Positions 21,275 through 28,457 of a stretch of 64,000 nt of DNA are shown here, in pieces. The notes under the pieces are model-generated. The model ran no database searches and had not been told where the DNA came from. It saw only the letters and a program-made list of their open reading frames with translations. Location of the stretch: NCBI GenBank assembly GCA_018062965.1, contig JAGORG010000002.1, positions 1,860 to 65,859 of the forward strand. The letters run 5' to 3'. This stretch comes from Minisyncoccota bacterium (GTDB lineage: Bacteria > Patescibacteriota > Minisyncoccia > Phycocordibacterales > UBA5272). The translations under genes were made by a program, and so were the position numbers. Every line of letters starts with the position of its first letter. Within the stretch, counting starts at the first letter, position 1.

Positions 21275-21658
21275 TTAGTCACTGTTATGTTTTCGTGATT
21301 TGAGTACGAGTGCTTCATAACAGAAGACGGCACTTGATAGAAACATACCTATCAAGTAAAAGTGAACCACTCCGGTTGTGGTCATAAAGAACCAGCCAAG
21401 ACCAACGGGGCTCCACAGGAGAACCATGCGCGCAGCGATTGCACGCGCTGTTACTTTCACTCTTTTGAAATTCAAAAGCAAGAAAGCACCGGCGATGCAA
21501 AACCAAATGTAGAGCGACGTATACAGCATATCAACTGCAAGTTCTACATCACTCATTGTTGGTTCTGCTGTAAGACCAGCGATAAGCCATGTAGCGACCC
21601 AAACAAGACCATGGAACACGAATGCAAAACCGAGACTTTTCAGATAAATCATTTTCAC
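21275..21658 (-). CDS. small integral membrane protein (127 aa, about 4 TM helices)
   Basis: Hydrophobicity pattern. Promoter-like TTGACT lies upstream near 21686-21716. Confidence 0.55.
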   Translation of the reverse strand: MKMIYLKSLGFAFVFHGLVWVATWLIAGLTAEPTMSDVELAVDMLYTSLYIWFCIAGAFLLLNFKRVKVTARAIAARMVLLWSPVGLGWFFMTTTGVVHFYLIGMFLSSAVFCYEALVLKSRKHNSD

Positions 21659-21782
21659 ATCTCCATTCCACCACAGCGGCAGATTTATATGTGAATCTAC
21701 TATTTATTTATAAAAAGTCAATACGTACTCCTACTTTGTAAGCTGTATCACACACTCATGCTCATAGGGTAGATAAAATACA

Positions 21783-21816
21783 AAAATAAAAAAACCCGCT
21801 GGATTGCGCGGGTTTA
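21783..21816 (-). terminator. hairpin aaacccgctggattgcgcgggttt preceded by an A-run
   Basis: Fourth stereotyped terminator. Confidence 0.45.
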
Positions 21817-21830
21817 GCGCGGTCGGCGGG

Positions 21831-22232
21831 TTACAGACCTGACTCAGAATAGCAAGCTGAACTTGGGTTCTTCACGGTCAGCCTCCGTACCGTCTTGATA
21901 AGTTTACCGCGCAGTTGGCCAGGGTTTGTGTCCAGGAACTCGGTAAAGGTAACAACTTCACCCGTAGAACGAAAGCAGGTTTGTTTACCGCGCTTGAAGA
22001 CGGCGACACCCTTAGCTTTACCATTTCCACTATATGAAGGAATTGCCTCTTCATTCCAGCAGGGTTCAAACCTGACCAATTCCTTGGTCTTTTCGTTCCA
22101 CACCACGGCGGCGCAGGCACGCTTGGTCCAGAACACTTGGTTGAGACTGTTCTCGTCCTTTTTCAGATCGCCAGCATAGCTAACGACCATCGCAAAAAAC
22201 AAGAACGAACTGATAATCAATTTCTTCAGCAT
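21831..22232 (-). CDS. secreted hypothetical protein (133 aa) with signal peptide
   Basis: N-terminal signal-like sequence MLKKLIISSFLFFAMVVSYAG. AGGAG ribosome binding site. Confidence 0.55.
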   Translation of the reverse strand: MLKKLIISSFLFFAMVVSYAGDLKKDENSLNQVFWTKRACAAVVWNEKTKELVRFEPCWNEEAIPSYSGNGKAKGVAVFKRGKQTCFRSTGEVVTFTEFLDTNPGQLRGKLIKTVRRLTVKNPSSACYSESGL

Positions 22233-22295
22233 AGTCTTCTCCTCTAAGGTTGACCGATTTGTATAAGAGCTGAGGCACGAAACCTCATCTCTTAT

Positions 22296-22324
22296 ACTAT
22301 AGCATATATTTACATAAAAGTCAA
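22296..22324 (-). promoter_or_regulatory. near-consensus sigma70 promoter TTGACT-17-TATAGT
   Basis: The minus strand reads ttgacttttatgtaaatatatgctatagt. Confidence 0.5.
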
Positions 22325-22356
22325 GTACTTGTTGTGTTTATTTATAGACATACGAG

Positions 22357-22457
22357 CCAATAAACCCTTTTGAATCAATTCTCGGAGAATGGCGATTCGA
22401 GAGGGAAATGCTTTTTCAGCAGAAAAAGACATTGTTTGATTCAAAAGGGTTTATTGG
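22357..22457. repeat. 22 bp perfect inverted repeat around a 57 bp spacer
   Basis: ccaataaacccttttgaatcaa ... ttgattcaaaagggtttattgg. Confidence 0.55.
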
Positions 22458-22465
22458 GTAGAGAG

Positions 22466-23212
22466 CTACTTTGTAAGCTGTATCACACACTCATGCCCAT
22501 ATGGGTCTTTGAGAAACGAGTAGCTTGTAAAGCCGCATTCTTTTGCTAGCTCTTCGATTTTTTCACGTTGAGTGATATCGAATTCAAGATATAAAACTCC
22601 ATCATCTTTGAGAAACTCTTTCGCGCGCTTCAAAACTTCTGTGTGAAAATAAAATCCTTCTTCTTTGTCAAAAAATGAAAGTGGTTCTTCGGAAGACAAT
22701 TCTTTCATCACTTCTTCTTTCATAGACTGCGGCACATACGGTGGAACTGCAAAGATAACATCATATGTCCCTGCTGCCCCCTCCCATGTATCCCCTATGA
22801 GTACGCGTGTACGAAGTTTCTTGATGTTGTTTCTGATGATTGAGTTTTCTATCCCAGGCTTAAGCTTTGGGTCAAGCTCAATAAAATCAACAGTAGCTTC
22901 CGGAATGTTTTTTGCAACTGCAAGCCCGACACAACCAGAACCTGAAAAAAGATCAAGTGTACGAAGTACAAAGAGTCGTTTGGTTGCGAGCGTATGTTCG
23001 ATTGCTTGTTTGACCCAGAACTCTGTTTCAGGTCGTGGAATCATCGGACGCAATGATAAGTCTACTTTTGCAGAAGCAAATACAACTTCACCCAGGAGAT
23101 ACTCGAGTGATTCACCTGCTGTCATCTTTGCAACGTCAGCCAAAAATGCTGGTGTTTCTATTCCTTTATACTTTTCTTTGCGGAGTCGCTCTACTTTGTC
23201 TTCAAATTTCAT
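22466..23212 (-). CDS. prmC: release factor glutamine N5-methyltransferase (PrmC/HemK-like)
   Basis: SAM-binding motif LDLFSGSGCVGLAV and substrate motif VPPY (an NPPY variant). Confidence 0.75.
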   Translation of the reverse strand: MKFEDKVERLRKEKYKGIETPAFLADVAKMTAGESLEYLLGEVVFASAKVDLSLRPMIPRPETEFWVKQAIEHTLATKRLFVLRTLDLFSGSGCVGLAVAKNIPEATVDFIELDPKLKPGIENSIIRNNIKKLRTRVLIGDTWEGAAGTYDVIFAVPPYVPQSMKEEVMKELSSEEPLSFFDKEEGFYFHTEVLKRAKEFLKDDGVLYLEFDITQREKIEELAKECGFTSYSFLKDPYGHECVIQLTK

Positions 23213-23226
23213 ATATACATACTACG

Positions 23227-23535
23227 CTATATAGCCAACATAGCAATAAAGAGAACAACAAAAACTGGTAACACAAGTCCAATCGGGAGAAGCGCAGCAA
23301 TACAAAGCGCCCAAAAAGGTAGCTCTGTGATGAGACTACCGAGAAGAAGAATACCAAGTGGCGGAGCAAAGCGCTGAAAGGTAGACATAACAAAAGCGAA
23401 TCCTTTCAGCCATTCGATAAGTGCGCAAATCACAAGCCACGTAAACATACAGACCATATATATGAACCGCACAACAAGGGCAAGAAGTGTGTATGATGTT
23501 TTTAGGGCGTAATACATATGTATGAAAGTACCCAT
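23227..23535 (-). CDS. small membrane protein (102 aa)
   Basis: Hydrophobic ORF. No ribosome binding site inspected. Confidence 0.4.
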   Translation of the reverse strand: MGTFIHMYYALKTSYTLLALVVRFIYMVCMFTWLVICALIEWLKGFAFVMSTFQRFAPPLGILLLGSLITELPFWALCIAALLPIGLVLPVFVVLFIAMLAI

Positions 23536-23606
23536 CCTATCACACGAAGCAGATACTTGGTACTCTGTGGTACACTCTCATACATTATTTCTAAATCTTT
23601 TACTGC

Positions 23607-24794
23607 ATGGCTCAATCTTTTTCTCCGAAGAAATACTTTTCAAAAATTTTTGCACACGAACTTGTTTCAGAACTCATAGGAGAGCATGGTGGTCAGGCTT
23701 TTTTTGAGATCAACGACCAAACCCCTCGAAAACTAGCTGTCTCAATGATGGAAGATGCTATAAAGTCACTCGACACAGAACAAAGGCTTGCAGTTACTAA
23801 AGACCTTTCATATATAGCGTCTATCACAAGCGCCCACACATCATCTCTTGGAAAAAAACTATTCTTGACCACAACTGGAAAAGAGTTCGAACCAGAAGTC
23901 GAATGTGCAAGCGACCATGATGTAGTGTTGTACCTGTACCTACGCCACCCGGACATCACAGACAAGCTTGCGTTTTTGTATCCATTTTATGCTTCAAAGA
24001 GTTACATCAGCTATGAAGCTAAAAAAGTTGATCACGTAGAAGTAGACATGAAGCTCACAGAACTTGCTCGGGAGTTTACTCGTTTAGCAAACAAAGACGA
24101 CAATGCTACAGAGCAAGAGATGAATCATATCTTTATCGATGACGTGCTCTATATCGAATCACAGTTCCAAGGAGCATATGACAGATCTGAAAAAATAGAC
24201 CCGAAAACTGGAGAGATAGACAGAAAGCATGTCACTCGCCGTATCGCATCTGTACGTATTGCGTATATTCCCGAAGAAGAAGTTGTCCTTGTTGCTGGGA
24301 CTGTTGGGAAAGAAACGAAAATGCTTTTTATGGATACATTCCTCCGTGTTGTAACTGGAGGTGGGTATGAAGAAAAAATAGAGATGTACGACCTCACACC
24401 ACTTAAAAATCTTTCACTGGATTTTACTCAGTACAACAAGGGTACCCCTTTTATCAAAGCATCTATCAAGTCTGTGACACTAAGCTATGCTGAAGGTAAA
24501 AAGAAGTTGCGACTATCGCTCCCTACATCTCGTGACCAAGCTGGTATGCAAGCACTCAAAGACACTCTAGAGGAGCTAGGACTCACAGATAAGTTCTCTT
24601 CTTTTGAAATTGTGAATATGACATTTGGGTTTATATTCCAAAACAAAGAAAAGCAAGACAAGAGTGTAAACGTAAACTGCTCTATCTCTAAAGCAAAAGC
24701 TTCACTGTGTCCACTTTTTGAATACGAACGGTATACAAAATCTATTCTCAAAAACGCCGGTGTGTACGAAGGGTTTAAGGTGTTAGAAAAATAA
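23607..24794 (+). CDS. hypothetical protein (395 aa), no recognisable domain
   Basis: Long ORF followed by a clean terminator. Confidence 0.6.
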   Translation: MAQSFSPKKYFSKIFAHELVSELIGEHGGQAFFEINDQTPRKLAVSMMEDAIKSLDTEQRLAVTKDLSYIASITSAHTSSLGKKLFLTTTGKEFEPEVECASDHDVVLYLYLRHPDITDKLAFLYPFYASKSYISYEAKKVDHVEVDMKLTELAREFTRLANKDDNATEQEMNHIFIDDVLYIESQFQGAYDRSEKIDPKTGEIDRKHVTRRIASVRIAYIPEEEVVLVAGTVGKETKMLFMDTFLRVVTGGGYEEKIEMYDLTPLKNLSLDFTQYNKGTPFIKASIKSVTLSYAEGKKKLRLSLPTSRDQAGMQALKDTLEELGLTDKFSSFEIVNMTFGFIFQNKEKQDKSVNVNCSISKAKASLCPLFEYERYTKSILKNAGVYEGFKVLEK

Positions 24795-24812
24795 AACCAC
24801 CAATACAAAATA

Positions 24813-24848
24813 AAAACACCTCAGTTTATCTCTGAGGTGTTTTTATTT
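24813..24848 (+). terminator. rho-independent terminator (acacctcag..ctgaggtgt plus T-run)
   Basis: Perfect 9 bp stem followed by tttttatttt. Confidence 0.65.
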
Positions 24849-24852
24849 TGTG

Positions 24853-24926
24853 CGCAGTCGATGGGATTTGAACCCACGACCCCCGCCGTGACAGGGCGGT
24901 GCTCTAACCAGCTGAGCTACGACTGC
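24853..24926 (-). tRNA. tRNA-Asp (GTC)
   Basis: Cloverleaf read by hand. Anticodon loop CTGTCAC. T-arm GTGGGTTCAAATCCCAT. Confidence 0.8.
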
Positions 24927-24981
24927 ATATTTATTTGTGTCTACACATTCTAGCAGAAAACTAGAATCCGTCTAACACGGG

Positions 24982-25055
24982 TGTCGGCGGGTGGGAACGA
25001 TCCACCGACCTTGGGCTTATGAGTCCCACGCTCTAACCAACTGAGCTACGCCGAC
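24982..25055 (-). tRNA. tRNA-Met/Ile2 family (CAT anticodon) with an atypical T-loop
   Basis: D-arm TAGCTCAGTTGGTTAGAGC. Anticodon loop CTCATAA. The T-loop reads ATCGTTC instead of the usual TTCGAAT. Confidence 0.6.
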
Positions 25056-25089
25056 ATATATTCTTTTAATCTATCACCTCATAAGCCAA

Positions 25090-25141
25090 CTGACTATAGC
25101 GCTTATGTGTGCCCGCGCGTAGCAAACTGAGCTACGCTGAC
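25090..25141 (-). pseudogene. degenerate partial copy of the 5' half of the adjacent tRNA-Met
   Basis: Begins GTCAGCGTAGCTCAGTT and includes a CATAAG loop, but cannot be folded into a cloverleaf. Confidence 0.4.
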
Positions 25142-25152
25142 ATATTTTAACC

Positions 25153-25188
25153 TTTAAGCGCCGCCTCACTACGTGGGCGGCGCTTAAA
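25153..25188. other. strong hairpin aagcgccgcc..ggcggcgctt inside the tRNA cluster
   Basis: 10 bp GC stem. Confidence 0.5.
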
Positions 25189-25216
25189 CCAAAACCTTGT
25201 CACGTAGTTTACTTGT

Positions 25217-25285
25217 TGCGGAGACTGGAATCGAACCAGTGTCCCGAGGTTATGAGCCTCGTGAGTTACCTCTACTCTACTCCGC
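25217..25285 (-). tRNA. tRNA with CAT anticodon (Met or Ile-lysidine type)
   Basis: Anticodon arm CGAGGCTCATAACCTCG. T-arm ACTGGTTCGATTCCAGT. One acceptor-stem mismatch. Confidence 0.65.
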
Positions 25286-25353
25286 TATATTATAGGACAC
25301 ACACTCTTTTTGAGTCAGAATATAATACCACACCATAGAACAAACTACAAGGA

Positions 25354-26730
25354 CTATTTTATCGCCTTCAATTCCCTAAACACCGATTCGTAGAGTGCGT
25401 AGACTCGTTTTGCTTCATGTTCTCCTAGAGAGAAATCTGATCCGTCATGAGCGATACGATTACGAACTTTATGCGCATCCCATGCAAGCTGTATCGTCTT
25501 GAAGCTCGCAGACTGAAGCATTTCTCCAACATCTGCCCCCTGGTATCCTTTTTCAGCCAAAACCTCGCGCAGCATATTATCTGCTTCAAGAATACCGATT
25601 CTCCACAATGGTTCGGCTTGGCTTGTCATATACCCTTGGATGATCGCCCACTTTGGATGATCATTGAAGTCAGCAGCTGTTGGTGCATGGATAGTGAGAC
25701 CTTCACCAATCGGAAGCCCAGCAATACCCGCCGGCATTTCGTCTGTATCTGAATGATGTGGTGCATGTCCACCGTGATGGCGGTCATCTCCATGACCAAA
25801 GTGATGTTCATAATGTTCAAGCGCATTTGAAAACTCCAAGAACCAGCGAATGATGACGTATACCAAAAAGATGAGCCCGAGCACCGCGACAAGCGACAAG
25901 ACATCTGACATAAATGAAAGCACAGGATTGTGAATTGCTGTTTGTGCCCCATTAAGCTGCCCAGACAGATCAAAAGCTCCGTTGCTGTTATTGTTTATAT
26001 CAAGCGGATATGTATCCATATTATCTGGAATACCATCACCGTCTGTATCTTTCATGCGAGGGTTCGTACCAAGTGTAGCCTCCATCATATCACTAACCCC
26101 ATCCCCGTCTGTATCTAATCCTCGTGAAGAAATGCCTGCATCAAGTGGCGCCTCATCTCGTCCGTCTAGAACTAAATCTCTATCTGAGTCGTTGTTAAGA
26201 GGGTTAGTGCCACGAGCAAGCTCAACACCATCAGATAAGCCATCTCTGTCAGTATCTCTATGTTTAGGATCCATGCCATGAGTGATTTCATAACTGTCTG
26301 GAACACCATCTCCATCACTATCTTTTGGACCTACACCAAAAAGATCTCGTACCTTATCCCAAAAGGAATAGTCAACTTCGTATCGCTCTTTGAGCTCTGC
26401 CTGAGTCAAGTTATACGGATCATACGGCTGACCGTCAGCGACATTTGGTATACCATCTCCATCACTATCAGGAGACTGTATTCCCAAGCTTTCAAGTATA
26501 CGCTGCCACAATGTCAGACTTGTATCAGCTGCAGGGACAACAGCATCTTTTTGTGCAAAGTACGCATCAAACCAACCTCGATCTCGTAGACCATCAAATT
26601 CTCTCTCTGCATGCTTTGCTATATAGTCGTCTGGATTTGTACGAAGAATACCAAAAAGCCATACATACTTTATCCAAAGAAGTACGTCATAGACTCTATT
26701 AAAAAGATAGTCGATGGAAAGCGAGTACAT
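25354..26730 (-). CDS. membrane protein with TSP3-like Asp-rich calcium-binding repeats, His-rich linker and DUF4145/HEPN-like C-terminal domain
   Basis: Six DxDxDG-type repeats (DSDGDGIPNVAD and similar). Transmembrane helix VLSLVAVLGLIFLVYVII. HHFGHGDDRHHGGHAPHH segment. C-terminal ...AHKVRNRIAHDG, resembling the DUF4145 R-x-N-x-x-A-H motif. Confidence 0.65.
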   Translation of the reverse strand: MYSLSIDYLFNRVYDVLLWIKYVWLFGILRTNPDDYIAKHAEREFDGLRDRGWFDAYFAQKDAVVPAADTSLTLWQRILESLGIQSPDSDGDGIPNVADGQPYDPYNLTQAELKERYEVDYSFWDKVRDLFGVGPKDSDGDGVPDSYEITHGMDPKHRDTDRDGLSDGVELARGTNPLNNDSDRDLVLDGRDEAPLDAGISSRGLDTDGDGVSDMMEATLGTNPRMKDTDGDGIPDNMDTYPLDINNNSNGAFDLSGQLNGAQTAIHNPVLSFMSDVLSLVAVLGLIFLVYVIIRWFLEFSNALEHYEHHFGHGDDRHHGGHAPHHSDTDEMPAGIAGLPIGEGLTIHAPTAADFNDHPKWAIIQGYMTSQAEPLWRIGILEADNMLREVLAEKGYQGADVGEMLQSASFKTIQLAWDAHKVRNRIAHDGSDFSLGEHEAKRVYALYESVFRELKAIK

Positions 26731-26739
26731 TACGTACTA

Positions 26740-28161
26740 TTAGTATACCTTTTCAAAATCTCGTCCGATAGTGAATAGTGCACCTTCGTGAAAATGTGGA
26801 GCAATAAGTTGAAGTGAAAGAGGTAGACCGCTCTCTGTTTTACCTGACGGGATAGAGATAGCTGGAACACCAACAATGTTTACCGGCACCGTAAAGATAT
26901 CTGCCAAATACATGGCGAGTGGGTCGCTTGATTTTTCACCTATCGCAAATGCAGGGATTGGAGATGTCGGGAGGGCGATAGCGTCAACATCTTTAAACAC
27001 CTGAGCAAATTCTTCTTGGAGCATTTCTCGAACGAGATTGGCTTTATTGTAATACGCATCATAATACCCTGATGAAAGCACATAGGTGCCAAGCAATACA
27101 CGGCGGCGAACCTCATCTCCTAGCCCGTCAGTTCGTGTCTTGAAGTATCCACTAATCATACTGTTTGCTTTATCTTCATCTTTTAGAGACAACCCATATC
27201 GGATACCATCATAGCGCGCCATGTTTGAAGAGATTTCTGCAAACACAACAACATAATATACAGAAAGTGACTTTTCTAGATGCTCTATATTCACGTCAAC
27301 AATTTCATACCCATCTGTCTTTAACTTCTCAAGTGATGCTTCAAAGTTTTTCAAAACCTCTGCATCGATTCCTTCACGTCGAACAAATGACCATGGCACA
27401 CCGATTTTCTTTTTGAGATCTGCATGAGTTGTTTTGATCCCTAGATCTACAGAGGTACCATCAAGAGCATCTTTTCCTTTGATGATATCAAACACGGCTT
27501 CCACGTCGTCTATGGTATTTCCAAATGGACCAATCTGATCCAATGATGAACCCATCGCCATGAGACCATAACGTGACACTGCACCATATGTAGGCTTGAG
27601 CCCTACGATGCCACAAAATGATGCCGGCTGACGAATTGAACCACCAGTATCTGACCCGAGCGAAATAGGAACACCACCGTATGCAACAACAGCAGCAGAC
27701 CCGCCAGATGAACCACCAGCTACACGAGTTGTGTCATGAGGGTTTTTGGTAACACCAAAAGCTGAATTCTCTGTTGAACCCCCCATGGCGAATTCATCCA
27801 TGTTTGCACGTGCAAGTAAAATCGCTCCAGCATCTTTTAGTTTTTGTACAACAGTTGCATCATATGGAGAGGTATACTTAGCGAGAATCTTTGATGCAGC
27901 AGTAGCACGCTCGCCTTCTACGACAATGTTATCTTTAAGAACAATCGGTACTCCGGTGAGTAGAGTTCCAGTTCCTGATGCAAGCATACTTTTTGCTCGC
28001 GCAATCTGAGACTCGATCAGATCATCTGAATACATACCTAAAATTGCATGTATCTCTTCGTCTTTTTCGCTGATAGTCGCATGAGCTTCTTCAACAAGCG
28101 CTTCCACCGTTAGAGAACCGTTTTTAAAATCTTCCTGAATTTCTTTGAGAGTTTTTTTCAT
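26740..28161 (-). CDS. gatA: Glu-tRNA(Gln) amidotransferase subunit A
   Basis: Amidase signature GGSSGGSAAVVA and a Ser-cisSer-Lys triad context. Confidence 0.9.
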   Translation of the reverse strand: MKKTLKEIQEDFKNGSLTVEALVEEAHATISEKDEEIHAILGMYSDDLIESQIARAKSMLASGTGTLLTGVPIVLKDNIVVEGERATAASKILAKYTSPYDATVVQKLKDAGAILLARANMDEFAMGGSTENSAFGVTKNPHDTTRVAGGSSGGSAAVVAYGGVPISLGSDTGGSIRQPASFCGIVGLKPTYGAVSRYGLMAMGSSLDQIGPFGNTIDDVEAVFDIIKGKDALDGTSVDLGIKTTHADLKKKIGVPWSFVRREGIDAEVLKNFEASLEKLKTDGYEIVDVNIEHLEKSLSVYYVVVFAEISSNMARYDGIRYGLSLKDEDKANSMISGYFKTRTDGLGDEVRRRVLLGTYVLSSGYYDAYYNKANLVREMLQEEFAQVFKDVDAIALPTSPIPAFAIGEKSSDPLAMYLADIFTVPVNIVGVPAISIPSGKTESGLPLSLQLIAPHFHEGALFTIGRDFEKVY

Positions 28162-28164
28162 ACC

Positions 28165-28449
28165 TTATTTCAGCACTTGTGCAACTTTTACATATCCATC
28201 TTCTGTGTCCGGAGCTTCATTTAATATCGCTTCTGTATTTGAGCCAGTTTCGTGAGTAATGATGTCTTCTCGAACAATATTATAGTGCTCGCCTTTAGTG
28301 CGAACAACATCTCCAGAAACCTCATTGATTTCTGAAATATAACCCAAAATAGCCTGCATATCGGCAAGCATTTTATCCTCTTCTTCAGGTGTTACCGATA
28401 TACGAGACAAGGACGCAATATTTGCAAGATCTTCTTTGGTAAATGACAT
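28165..28449 (-). CDS. gatC: Asp/Glu-tRNA amidotransferase subunit C
   Basis: 94 aa, immediately upstream of gatA. GatC-like acidic C-terminal half. Confidence 0.75.
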   Translation of the reverse strand: MSFTKEDLANIASLSRISVTPEEEDKMLADMQAILGYISEINEVSGDVVRTKGEHYNIVREDIITHETGSNTEAILNEAPDTEDGYVKVAQVLK

Positions 28450-28457
28450 ACAGAGGA

